A stretch of DNA of 64,000 nt from a virus: positions 30,927-94,926 of IMG/VR virus record IMGVR_UViG_3300030108_003282. The stretch is one strand, 5' to 3'. Below, piece by piece: positions 1-9,528 of this stretch. Both the position numbers and the translations under genes were made by a program. A model generated the notes under the pieces. The model did no database searches, was not told the DNA's origin, and was given only the letters and a program-made list of their open reading frames with translations. How positions within the stretch are numbered: position 1 is the stretch's first letter; every line of letters begins with the position of its first letter.

Positions 1-1
1 A

Positions 2-1456
2 TCTATCTAAACTGGTATCTTCAAATTTAACACGAGTTAATAAATTACTATTTGATAAATTAAATGCCCTGCGATACACCTTTTCTCCGCCAAGTAAAGT
101 GGTCATATCAAAAGTAGTTGTGAATTTTCCTTCTGTCAATAATCTACTTTTTTCGGTAAGAACAATCTCATTACCATTACGACTTGAAACGATACAAACC
201 CTATCTCCTATCCTTATTTCATCATTTTGATTAAAGTATTCTGAAATGTTAATATGTTCACCATAGGTAGCATTTTTTAAGTCATAGAAATATGATGTTG
301 ATGAAACAGTCACAAAAGAATCTATTTCTCCTACTTGTACCCAATCATTAAAACTACCAGTTCCTATTGCTTGTCGGATAATATAATCTTGATTGGTCTG
401 TAATTTTTTTCCTAAAATTTGATTATTATCAATTACTTTAGTTTCTGAATATCCTGCCTTACCATCAATTGATTCTTCGATATACGAATCAAAAACATTA
501 TTTAGTAAATTGCTTTTATTAGGAGAGTCTCTATAATGAGTGTATCTAGTTAAACCATTTAATGAGAGAGAAGAGTAATTATCATCACTATCCCTTCTTG
601 CATTAATAAAACAATCGTTATAGTCATCATAATCAGTAAAAGTCCCAGAAAGAACAGAACTTTCATTACTAGTTGCAGTATTGGGGTCATCTTTTAATTT
701 AAGATTATCTTTTAATTTGACAACATAAGAATACTTGCTTGAGTCAATAACTCTATAATGGGTTTCAGCCATTGTTACGAAAGAAACTTTTTCGGCACTA
801 GCACTTAAATCAATACTATTTCCACTACTTGCTTCGTGTAATCTAACAAAATATTTAGTATTATGGTCTAATTCATTATCCTTTACTGTTTTATCATTGT
901 AAAAATACCATAACGGTCTTGATACAACATAATTTGCTCCAAAGGTAGAAGCATCTAAGCCTCCAGTAATTGCGACGATTTTAGTAGAATTAGCAATAGA
1001 TGGTCCTTTAAAAATCATAAACTTCGTTCCTTTAGCGACCCTATTACCAAATTTAGGCTCAAAAGTAAAGGAATCTCCGTTAGAATCAGCGTTTTCTACT
1101 GTATCAATTTTAGCAAAGTGATGCATATTAGCATCATCAGAATGGATTAAAACAAAATAAGTGTCTGTTGTTAAATCAATACTAGCCAAATCAACTCCAT
1201 TTGTTCCATCATAACATCTTATAGTGTGTCCGTTTGTATTATCCAAATTAGAATATTCTGTTAAAAGAGCAGTACCAACTTTTTCAATAACTGTATTTGC
1301 ATTTGAACCGAGTAAAGTATCATCAGTATGAATAATTCCAAAAACTCTTTGTGTAAATGCAGTATTTTTAGTTATTTTGGGATTAGTAGGAACATCATAA
1401 TTATTATCTGCCGTAGCATTGTAAATAGAAGTCAAACCGCCAACTGTTAATGTCAT
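2..1456 (-). CDS. Tail/baseplate-region structural protein (partial, runs off window)
   Basis: ATG at 1456 overlaps the upstream TGA (ATGA); translates MTLTVAGLTSIYNATADNNYDVPTNPK...; absent from the ORF track, presumably because no stop lies in the window; downstream of tape measure. Confidence 0.6.
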   Translation of the reverse strand, partial: MTLTVGGLTSIYNATADNNYDVPTNPKITKNTAFTQRVFGIIHTDDTLLGSNANTVIEKVGTALLTEYSNLDNTNGHTIRCYDGTNGVDLASIDLTTDTYFVLIHSDDANMHHFAKIDTVENADSNGDSFTFEPKFGNRVAKGTKFMIFKGPSIANSTKIVAITGGLDASTFGANYVVSRPLWYFYNDKTVKDNELDHNTKYFVRLHEASSGNSIDLSASAEKVSFVTMAETHYRVIDSSKYSYVVKLKDNLKLKDDPNTATSNESSVLSGTFTDYDDYNDCFINARRDSDDNYSSLSLNGLTRYTHYRDSPNKSNLLNNVFDSYIEESIDGKAGYSETKVIDNNQILGKKLQTNQDYIIRQAIGTGSFNDWVQVGEIDSFVTVSSTSYFYDLKNATYGEHINISEYFNQNDEIRIGDRVCIVSSRNGNEIVLTEKSRLLTEGKFTTTFDMTTLLGGEKVYRRAFNLSNSNLLTRVKFEDTSLDR

Positions 1457-2589
1457 AAGTTTTCCTCCTCAAATTGCAAAAATAAAAGAGTTTCTGAAAA
1501 TTTTGGCATAAGACTATTTAAATATCTAAATGATTTTTGATAACTGCCAACAACACAAAGTTCATGTATCTCTCCCATAAATTGACAATCAGTAGAAGCA
1601 TTATTATCAGAAGTCGTTTTCTTTCCTATAACAATGTCTTCTCTACCAAAAGTTAAGATTTCAGACGCTAGTGTTTTTGTTGTCGTATTAATTAAAGAGC
1701 CATTATAATACATATTTATTTTTTGAGAAGTTGAAGAATATGCAACCGCTATGTGATGTATATTATCAATGTATTTTGGTTCTTTATATGTTCTAGTAAA
1801 TAGCCTAGTGCCTAATGAAAGCGCACTTGTTGTAGAAGTATCTAAAGTAATTCTACCGCTACTTGGAACATCTACTCCTGTAATTGTTCCCAAAAGAGTA
1901 AAATCAAATTCATTTTCTCTTATGAAAACTTCTTGCCCTACTCCAAATTTAGTAGTATCTGCTCCAATAACTGCTGATGCAGAAGACTGGCCGGGAATAA
2001 CTGAACCAGCATCATTAAATCTAATTCTACCGTCCTCTGTAAAGCCTTCAATATAACTATTATAATTTGCATTTCCGTATTCATAAGAGCGTGAATTAGA
2101 AGAGGTTATAACTGCGCTTGATTGAGAAGAACCTGTACCGCCACTATAAGAATATTCAATTCTAATTCCATACTCGGCAGGTTGATTTACATTATTTGTT
2201 GTAGTATTGACTAAATATAAAGAAAAATTAGCACATTTGAAAAAACACATTTTATGCCCAAATCTATCGCTCGTTGGTAGGTAGGTTTCGCTTAGAAAAG
2301 TCCCTGTTCCGTTAGCGGGCATAACGCCCCTTCTGTTATTCTGTGCTAAACGGTCCCTTCTGCCCGTTGCTCCACTTCCGTTTATGTCATAGGGGGTGAT
2401 AAGGGCTTCTACCGTCCAGTCGCCCTCATGCGCCCATATCCCATAAGGAATATCATCGGTTGTGTCGCTTGGGGTGGACTCTATATCAGGAATATTATCG
2501 GTATAACTAACCGAAACATGAGAATTGCACATAATAGGAAAAACTAAACTTTTCCTCTTACCTACATAAACATCATACATTGATAGCAC
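1453..2589 (-). CDS. Tail protein with LamG/concanavalin A-like domain
   Basis: WTVEALI...HHIAVAY...MYYNGSL...IVIG...FMGEIHEL pattern of LamG-like domains; tail module context. Confidence 0.7.
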   Translation of the reverse strand: MLSMYDVYVGKRKSLVFPIMCNSHVSVSYTDNIPDIESTPSDTTDDIPYGIWAHEGDWTVEALITPYDINGSGATGRRDRLAQNNRRGVMPANGTGTFLSETYLPTSDRFGHKMCFFKCANFSLYLVNTTTNNVNQPAEYGIRIEYSYSGGTGSSQSSAVITSSNSRSYEYGNANYNSYIEGFTEDGRIRFNDAGSVIPGQSSASAVIGADTTKFGVGQEVFIRENEFDFTLLGTITGVDVPSSGRITLDTSTTSALSLGTRLFTRTYKEPKYIDNIHHIAVAYSSTSQKINMYYNGSLINTTTKTLASEILTFGREDIVIGKKTTSDNNASTDCQFMGEIHELCVVGSYQKSFRYLNSLMPKFSETLLFLQFEEENL

Positions 2590-2590
2590 C

Positions 2591-3220
2591 TCAAGGGAAA
2601 ATATTTGCTTGTTTAAATTCCATGCTAAATTCTACTTCTGTAGTTTCACCGCTTAGTGTAAAATTAAAAGATTGAATATAGCCACTAATTCCATCGGCTG
2701 TTTGTGTATCTGGAAAATTAAAAGGAAAAGGTACACGTTCATTATCTTTATCATTTGCTTCTCCCCTTGCACTAAAGGTAAATGGAATCAAATCGCCTCT
2801 TGAACCAACGCCTGAAGCAGAATCTCTATCAACAAAGGAAGAATCAACATTAGAAGGTATAAGAATTACTAGTTCATTAAAGTTTTGATATTTAGCGATA
2901 CTAGATGAATCAACGCTTGCGGCTATCATTTGAGCAATTTCCTGAGCAGTAAAGAAAACAGAACCCGAAGTGTGGCTCTTTGTTATGTTTGCATCAGTAA
3001 TGAACCCACTAAGAGAAATGGTTTTTTCAGCCGCACCAAAGTCAGCACCAACAGTTAATGACTCACCAGTAGCAATACTTGATAAAGGAATAGTAAAATC
3101 TAAAACTTGACGACTAACTGAAATGCTTAAATTATTTATTCTTAGAGGAATAGTATCTGTAGTTAAATCAGTAGAGCCTTTAGCAAAAGCATTAAGTTTT
3201 AAATATACATAACTACTCAT
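2591..3220 (-). CDS. Distal tail/hub-like protein
   Basis: Immediately downstream of tape measure; beta-rich (ISLSGFI, GYIQSFNFT, EFSMEF). Confidence 0.5.
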   Translation of the reverse strand: MSSYVYLKLNAFAKGSTDLTTDTIPLRINNLSISVSRQVLDFTIPLSSIATGESLTVGADFGAAEKTISLSGFITDANITKSHTSGSVFFTAQEIAQMIAASVDSSSIAKYQNFNELVILIPSNVDSSFVDRDSASGVGSRGDLIPFTFSARGEANDKDNERVPFPFNFPDTQTADGISGYIQSFNFTLSGETTEVEFSMEFKQANIFP

Positions 3221-3224
3221 TTAA

Positions 3225-4886
3225 TCACCTCATTATTGCAGAAGATGTGCTTCTATTGACAGAATTATTAACCATATTTCCTATTTTTTGTGCTATTCTT
3301 CTAAGTTCTGCATCAGATGTATCTTTTGCATTAATCGTAATATTGAAATTATTAACAGGGCTAGAATTAGAAATCATCTTTTTACTTTGTGAATTGGAAT
3401 GAACCCTTGAACCTCTTGGTAATGAAACTAATTCTGCTCCTCTTTCTCCAACAACTGCTAATCCTCCTGAAGAAGTTCCTCCTTTAGAAAAACCTGGAAC
3501 TATATCAGCCAACTTTTTAACTGCAAATGCCGCTACTTTGTATAAAACTATGCCAATTGTTAATGCCAACCAAACAGGCGCACCCATTATAAATGCAATA
3601 AGACCACCGACAACTAAAAGAATAGCAGGTAAAGCCTTAAGGAAGTTTTCTGTGTTTTTAAAAGCATTACTTATGAAACCTTTTAATCTATCAAATGCAA
3701 TTCCTACAAATTCTACAACAAATCCACCTAAAGCAACTAATAATGTCCCTACAACCCCTAAAGCAAATTGTAATATGCCAAGACCAATTAGAATAACCCC
3801 GTCAATAACATCATTTAAACTACCCCCTTCTCCGAAGAATCCTTTAAAAATGCTTTGTATTCCTTCCCACACTAGCATTATTCCACCAAGAGCAATAGTA
3901 GCCACTTGTAATATTGCAGGATAAATAGTTTTAAGTGTTTCAATAATAGTTTTCCCAACCGTTTTATATAAAATATATGCTATGGTTAGGAAAAGAGTAG
4001 CATATAGCATCACTTTACCAAAAAATACAAGTGACTTTGCTAAAAATTGAGGTGCGGCTTTCAATCCTTTAATAAATTTATTTGTAAACTTACCCATTTT
4101 ACTCATTTCGATAGCACTATCTCTTGATTCTTCTAATATTTTAATTTGTTCCTCTATATCTTCTATTTCTCGTTTTCCTGCATCACTACTAGCATAAGAC
4201 CTAGAATCCTTAATGGTAGAAAGTTTATTCTTTTCTTCTTTTATTAAACTGTTATAAAATTTAGAAGTTTCTCCTATATCCCTAGCCTCTGCTATTCCTG
4301 ATTTTATTTTGCTTATTATATTAAAGTCGCCCTTCTTCATTTTCATTGCTTTAGGTAAAGACAATATTCCTCTAGTCATTTTTTTGAATATATTATCTAT
4401 ATTTTCTCCGTCTTCTCCCGTTTTTCTAAATACTCCGCCTAAAAATCTAAAAGAAGTAGATAATTTATTCACTAATCTAAACATTCCAGGCGGTAAAAAC
4501 CCATACATAACTTTTCTTGCTAGTGAAGCCTCTACACCAAAGATTTTAACTCTTTGATTAGTTGATGATAATGCTAAGTCAAAGAAATCGAAGGCGTTTC
4601 CACCCGAAGCAATAAAAGCATCAAATGATTTTTTAGAAAAAATTTCAAATTTTCTTACTTCTAATCCACCCGCTTCTAATTGCTTAAAAGCGCGATTAAG
4701 AGTTTCTTCTCTCGTAACCAATTCTTTATTAAGTGCTTTTTCTGTCTTTTCTGCTTTTTTGGTTTGTTCAGTAAATGTCTTTTGTGATTTAGCAAAATTA
4801 TCTAAAGTATCTGTTAATTTATCCATAGTGGCTTGCATTGTCTCCAACATCGCATTATTTTGCCTTAATGTTGCAGTATATGTCAT
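3225..4886 (-). CDS. Tape measure protein
   Basis: Helical with hydrophobic segments; C-terminal FSKGG...AVVGERGAELV typical of TMPs; follows the chaperone pair. Confidence 0.8.
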   Translation of the reverse strand: MTYTATLRQNNAMLETMQATMDKLTDTLDNFAKSQKTFTEQTKKAEKTEKALNKELVTREETLNRAFKQLEAGGLEVRKFEIFSKKSFDAFIASGGNAFDFFDLALSSTNQRVKIFGVEASLARKVMYGFLPPGMFRLVNKLSTSFRFLGGVFRKTGEDGENIDNIFKKMTRGILSLPKAMKMKKGDFNIISKIKSGIAEARDIGETSKFYNSLIKEEKNKLSTIKDSRSYASSDAGKREIEDIEEQIKILEESRDSAIEMSKMGKFTNKFIKGLKAAPQFLAKSLVFFGKVMLYATLFLTIAYILYKTVGKTIIETLKTIYPAILQVATIALGGIMLVWEGIQSIFKGFFGEGGSLNDVIDGVILIGLGILQFALGVVGTLLVALGGFVVEFVGIAFDRLKGFISNAFKNTENFLKALPAILLVVGGLIAFIMGAPVWLALTIGIVLYKVAAFAVKKLADIVPGFSKGGTSSGGLAVVGERGAELVSLPRGSRVHSNSQSKKMISNSSPVNNFNITINAKDTSDAELRRIAQKIGNMVNNSVNRSTSSAIMR

Positions 4887-4890
4887 TTAA

Positions 4891-5106
4891 TCACCTAATT
4901 TTGTTCATATTATTTTTTGTATTTTTTTCCATTTTATCCATTTCTTCTTGTTCTAGTTCTAGCATTACTTTATGAATGGATAATAAATCAATAACTAATG
5001 AAGATGGCATTTTGTAAATTTCAAGAGGACTTATTCCTAATGCTTTCGCCAATGAATAAACTATGATTAAGGAAATATGTTCAGGAGAGCCTTTTCCTCC
5101 CTTCAA
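4891..5106 (-). CDS. Tail assembly chaperone, frameshift extension (gpT-like)
   Basis: In the -1 frame relative to 5115..5492 and open through the slippery site; LAKALGISPLEIYKMP motif. Confidence 0.75.
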   Translation of the reverse strand: MKGGKGSPEHISLIIVYSLAKALGISPLEIYKMPSSLVIDLLSIHKVMLELEQEEMDKMEKNTKNNMNKIR

Positions 5107-5114
5107 TATTCCCT

Positions 5115-5492
5115 TTAATTTACGTTTTTTTCTTCATCCTCCTCTAACGCATTAAATGGGTTTGGGAGAATTTCTTTTAACTGATTGCCGATATACGGCG
5201 TGAGTCGTAAAATGTCAATCGCAGAAAGACTTGGTTCTGTCTTTACTACGAAATTTTCAACCATGAATCTAAACATAGCGTTTAGGTCTAACTCCATGTC
5301 TTGACGCTTTGCATCAATCTTCATCATGGCGTTCATGGCTTTATCAACCTCAAGCCATGTGGGTTCTTTTACCCACACTTTGAGGTATTCTTCTTTTTCG
5401 GGTGCTACACGAATATAATGCAGCGTAGGCTCGGTTAGTGCAAAAAGCACACTTTTATCTGATACAATTTTTCTGTTCAACATTTTATCCAC
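5115..5492 (-). CDS. Tail assembly chaperone (gpG-like)
   Basis: Between major tail protein and TMP; ends GAA-AAA-AAC-GTA-AAT-TAA. Confidence 0.75.
   Translation of the reverse strand: MDKMLNRKIVSDKSVLFALTEPTLHYIRVAPEKEEYLKVWVKEPTWLEVDKAMNAMMKIDAKRQDMELDLNAMFRFMVENFVVKTEPSLSAIDILRLTPYIGNQLKEILPNPFNALEEDEEKNVN
5124..5130 (-). other. -1 ribosomal frameshift heptamer A-AAA-AAC
   Basis: X-XXY-YYZ in frame; -1 frame reads KRKLKGILKGGKGSPEH into 4891..5106. Confidence 0.8.
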
Positions 5493-5532
5493 CTTTTATA
5501 CCAACAAACAAACAAACGGTGTTGGTGGAATA

Positions 5533-5640
5533 TCATTCTGCTAACTTAGACTTTTGAGTAGTTTTCTTTTCTTTTTTTGGTTTTTTATCCTGTGCTTTTA
5601 GTGCCTTAACTAAGGCTAATTTTTCTGCTCTTGAAACCAT
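5533..5640 (-). CDS. Small basic protein (35 aa)
   Basis: MVSRAEKLALVKALKAQDKKTKKRKKTTQKSKLAE; GGTGA RBS upstream; fills an intergenic gap. Confidence 0.55.
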   Translation of the reverse strand: MVSRAEKLALVKALKAQDKKPKKEKKTTQKSKLAE

Positions 5641-5644
5641 GCTA

Positions 5645-7486
5645 TCACCCCTGCAAAACCCAATGTGTTTTAACGGTGCAAAGACTTAAATTTCTCGGCA
5701 TAACTGTGGCTTCTACTGCAATTGGCCCTTTATCATCAGCGATTGGGAAATTGTTAGAACTTACCATGTAATCAGTAAAGTTTAAAGTAATTGCTTCACC
5801 GTTAGGCTTAGTGAAAATTAATTCAATAGTCTGTGTAATATTTTCAGTATCATCTCTAAGTGCCTTATATAATGCATTATCAGTCACATGACCTGTAAAT
5901 GAAATTTCATAATTTCTTTGAGCAGGAATAGCCTCTTGAACTTCTTTGCTTCCAACACCTAAAAACCTACGGTCTTGGAGATTATTGTTCATAGTCAATG
6001 TTAGAGTATTGATTTTCAAAAACTCTTGTCCTAATACCTTAAAGGTTCCATCGGAGAAGAAAAATGGCTCTCGGAACTCTTGTGCTGCATTTGCACCAGT
6101 TGTTTCTGCTTCAAAATTAAAGAAATCTTTTTCATTAGAAACTGCGCTTCTAGCATCATATTGCTCTCCTTCTTTTGGAGAGTGAACATTTCTAGTATTT
6201 AGGCTAAGAGTCATTTTAACCTCTTCATTTTCATTTGCGGTCATTGTTAAAGTATTAACCCTACATCCTCTTGCGATTTGAACAAAAGAATTATCTTCAT
6301 CTTCTGTTAAAGTAAATGTAAGAGAAGAACCCGTAGCAGTAGCATTGTTTGTCAATTCTGCTCTAACCCCGCTAACAATTTGTGCAATACGAGTATGGGC
6401 AGGAATACCAGTTCCACTAATTAACATTCCAACCTGCATTAAAGCAGAATTAGCATTATCAGTAAATGTAATTGTGGTATCTCCTGAAGTTGTGCTTCCG
6501 CCAGTAATTGAAATAGAAGTTGTATCTGTTCTAAACGGGGTAGTGGCCGCTAATTTACTATCACTTCTTTCAATAGCAAAAGAAGGTAAATTATCCGAAT
6601 CCGATTCAGCAAAGGTATAAGTGATGGGATTGGTAATAGAGCCACTTGAAATACTCGGTCTAGTCAAAACATCCATATTCGTTATATTAGCAATTTCATT
6701 ATCTGCTAAAGGAGGACAAATATCTGTTCCTACACTCCTATAAAAAATAGGGCCAGTTTCAGTAAATGATGCTAAAGTTTTTCCAGCACCAACAGGAACA
6801 TTAGTTCCGCTTGCATCTAAGCCTTCAATCAAAACTTTATTTGATTCACCAGCAGTAAATCTATCTGTAATTGAAGAACCAACCGCTTCGGTTGAGCAAA
6901 TTAGGCTTGTGCATCTTCCTAAGAAATAATAAAGCCAAGCACCATGATTTGCTACCAAATTTAAATCAGCCGTCCCAAAGTTCGTAATCCCTTTGTATTG
7001 GTAAGTAAAGTTTCTTGAGCCACCGAGACTTAAATTAACTTGCTTAAAGTCAGGCTCAACTGTTGGGAAAGTAGCACTTTCAAGAACACCTAACCATTGG
7101 TCAGAAAGAAGTCTTTTTGCGGTTGAAGTAGTTGAAGGAGTGGGTGCGCCATATGCACGAATAACGAAATAGTCATCTGCATGGGGCTTAAATGAATGTG
7201 TCGTAGTAATAGTTGTGGCGGTATTTGATTTAATTCTATGAACTGAGGCTAAGGTATCGTCTGCCCCAGTATATCTTTCAATTAAACAACCAATATACAA
7301 ATCCTCCAATAAAGAAAAATTTGTTAAAAACCCAGAGGATGCTTTAACTTCATTAGTTGTTAATGAGCCGTTTGTTGGGAATGCTGAATCGTCATCCTGT
7401 CGCCCTACCCCTAAATATAAATCACATTCAGGAATAAATGTTAAACTAGTGCCAGCCCCTAAAAATATATCTTTGTTTAATACCAT
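5645..7486 (-). CDS. Major tail (tube) protein with inserted decoration domains
   Basis: Tube-like motifs (LPSFAIE, GCRVNTLTMT, LTMNNNL, RNYEISFTG); position before the chaperones. Confidence 0.75.
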   Translation of the reverse strand: MVLNKDIFLGAGTSLTFIPECDLYLGVGRQDDDSAFPTNGSLTTNEVKASSGFLTNFSLLEDLYIGCLIERYTGADDTLASVHRIKSNTATTITTTHSFKPHADDYFVIRAYGAPTPSTTSTAKRLLSDQWLGVLESATFPTVEPDFKQVNLSLGGSRNFTYQYKGITNFGTADLNLVANHGAWLYYFLGRCTSLICSTEAVGSSITDRFTAGESNKVLIEGLDASGTNVPVGAGKTLASFTETGPIFYRSVGTDICPPLADNEIANITNMDVLTRPSISSGSITNPITYTFAESDSDNLPSFAIERSDSKLAATTPFRTDTTSISITGGSTTSGDTTITFTDNANSALMQVGMLISGTGIPAHTRIAQIVSGVRAELTNNATATGSSLTFTLTEDEDNSFVQIARGCRVNTLTMTANENEEVKMTLSLNTRNVHSPKEGEQYDARSAVSNEKDFFNFEAETTGANAAQEFREPFFFSDGTFKVLGQEFLKINTLTLTMNNNLQDRRFLGVGSKEVQEAIPAQRNYEISFTGHVTDNALYKALRDDTENITQTIELIFTKPNGEAITLNFTDYMVSSNNFPIADDKGPIAVEATVMPRNLSLCTVKTHWVLQG

Positions 7487-7516
7487 GCTAAAACTCCCCC
7501 TTTCCTAACAAACTTA

Positions 7517-8029
7517 CTAGGGAATACTTAATGCAAATCTTTTCGCTTCTAAATTGACTTTATATCCGAATAAACGCTTGGCTCTATCATTTGATTCGCT
7601 TCTTGAACCAACGAACAACTGATTGAACTTTGAACCATCACTTGCGGTATAGCCCTTGCGCTTACCCTCAAGAACCCTACGCAGAATCAAGTATATAGCC
7701 CTTAGCCTATCTTTTCCGTGTGAGGCATCTGCTCCACCCCTCTCATCATGTAATACTCGGATATGAATAGTGAATGAATAAGTTTCATTTCTAACATCAT
7801 AATGAATTGTTGGATATTCAATTGTTTGTGAGTCTTCAAAAACAACAATAGTAGCAGGACTTCTGCTTAAATCAACACGAACACCTTTATTAGCAGATAG
7901 TGTTCTAATATCAATAAATTCAGGAATAACTGCATGGTCGGCACTAATTGTCCCTGCGCTAACAAGAGCAGTAGCATTAGAAGACCAATTACTTGATAGT
8001 AAATCTAAGAGAAGAGAGACTTCATCAAT
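7517..8029 (-). CDS. Tail completion/terminator-like protein, probable ATT start
   Basis: 170-aa open frame (I/M)DEVSLLLDLLSSNW...FGYKVNLEAKRFALSIP missed by the ORF track; GGAGGT 6 nt upstream of ATT. Confidence 0.7.
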   Translation of the reverse strand: MDEVSLLLDLLSSNWSSNATALVSAGTISADHAVIPEFIDIRTLSANKGVRVDLSRSPATIVVFEDSQTIEYPTIHYDVRNETYSFTIHIRVLHDERGGADASHGKDRLRAIYLILRRVLEGKRKGYTASDGSKFNQLFVGSRSESNDRAKRLFGYKVNLEAKRFALSIP

Positions 8030-8229
8030 AACGATACCTCCTTGTTTATTTGTTTATCAATTTCTTTTTGATATTCTTCTAAAGCAAATTCCATTACTTC
8101 ATCATCACTAAAGCCAATATCAATACCTAATGCTTCGGACGCTTCTTTCATAGCCAATTGTCTTTCCTTTTGTATTTGAAGAAGTTTTTCAAATGATGAT
8201 ATATCAATTTTTATTGCCATATTAATCAA
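8005..8229 (-). CDS. Hypothetical protein (neck region)
   Basis: ORF track; tightly packed with neighbours. Confidence 0.55.
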   Translation of the reverse strand: MINMAIKIDISSFEKLLQIQKERQLAMKEASEALGIDIGFSDDEVMEFALEEYQKEIDKQINKEVSLLMKSLFS

Positions 8230-9527
8230 TCCAAGAAATAAACAAGGTCGCCCTTTCCTTTTAAAATATCCATAGCCTCTTTACGAAGAATATCATATTT
8301 TTCTTTTGTTGAAATATTAGCACCTGATTCTGCGATTAGAATACTTTGGTCGTCATGTCTTATAATTTCAGATGCCGCTAATTTTGTGGTGGCTTCGTGA
8401 ATAGCAGAAGGAACTCGATTATCACCAGCAATATAAGAAACAATAACTGAGTTGCTTCTATGATAGGGATAATCTTTCAAAAAGAAAATACGGCCTTCTT
8501 CATTGATAGTCCAATAATCACCAAGTCTTCTTAGGTCTTCTTTATCTGTAAAATCTATTAATGTGCAAACAGTTGGTATTGCTTCTGTTGTAGTAAATGT
8601 TAAAACATTTGACGCACTTGCCGAAGCAGGTGCGCTTAATACAACATTTGTTGCATCAGTGATTGAAGCGATAGTAATTGTCCCTGTAATACCAGTTCCA
8701 CTAACAACCATACCTACTGCTAATTTTGATGAATCAGCGACAGTAAGAGCAGTAGATGAGTTAATCGTCGTGCATGACTGTTTTATGGTCGCCTTGATAA
8801 CGCAATCTGCCCCATCATCCCCCGAAAGTAGGGATGAGATGAAAATTTGCTTGCCATTTTCTTTGTTCTTGGCGGCATAGAAAAAGTCAGAAATAGAAAG
8901 ATTAGAAGAAGTGAGGCTTTTTGGAGCAGTTGCACCAGTATATTGAGACATTGAAGGGAACGATTCGTTTATTAAAGAAACAATTTCTTCATTGGTTGTC
9001 TTGATGCCAAAGGTATTATTGAACTCATCGTTTCCTAGATTTGTCAAATCATTTTCAGAGAGCAGTTCAAAAGAAACTCCGCTATTTGGTAATTGAAGAA
9101 TAATAGAATTCAAGTCTCTAAAATTATCTTGTAAGGTAATTTTTGCTTGTGCTGAAGCAATTTCAATATATTGGCTTCCTTGCCACAACTGTAATGAAAC
9201 AATCTTCCTTACTTTCATTTTTGATAATTGAATAAAACCAACATGACCACCATAATATGCCTTGTGTGGCATACGAGAAAATTCAAAGTTATGGTGTTCA
9301 TCCTTCGTAATAATTGGTCGGTATGAACGCTTTACCTTATCATCAACGATTCCCTCCACCCTTTTGATGATTGAACCAACTTGGGCTAAGGTTGGGAAGG
9401 TAGAGACTGAAAATGCAGGAACTTGGAGTAAATTAGCAACCTCGGTAGCATTGGTATAAAAACCTCGACCTTCAGAATAATTAGGATTAATTTCTGTAAA
9501 GTCGCTTGGCGAAATTGTTTGACCCAT
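8226..9527 (-). CDS. Head-tail adaptor/connector with inserted domains
   Basis: N-terminal YTNATEVANLL and C-terminal VIVSYIAG...VPSAIHEATTKLAA typical of gp6/gp15-like adaptors. Confidence 0.65.
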   Translation of the reverse strand: MGQTISPSDFTEINPNYSEGRGFYTNATEVANLLQVPAFSVSTFPTLAQVGSIIKRVEGIVDDKVKRSYRPIITKDEHHNFEFSRMPHKAYYGGHVGFIQLSKMKVRKIVSLQLWQGSQYIEIASAQAKITLQDNFRDLNSIILQLPNSGVSFELLSENDLTNLGNDEFNNTFGIKTTNEEIVSLINESFPSMSQYTGATAPKSLTSSNLSISDFFYAAKNKENGKQIFISSLLSGDDGADCVIKATIKQSCTTINSSTALTVADSSKLAVGMVVSGTGITGTITIASITDATNVVLSAPASASASNVLTFTTTEAIPTVCTLIDFTDKEDLRRLGDYWTINEEGRIFFLKDYPYHRSNSVIVSYIAGDNRVPSAIHEATTKLAASEIIRHDDQSILIAESGANISTKEKYDILRKEAMDILKGKGDLVYFLD

Positions 9528-9528
9528 T

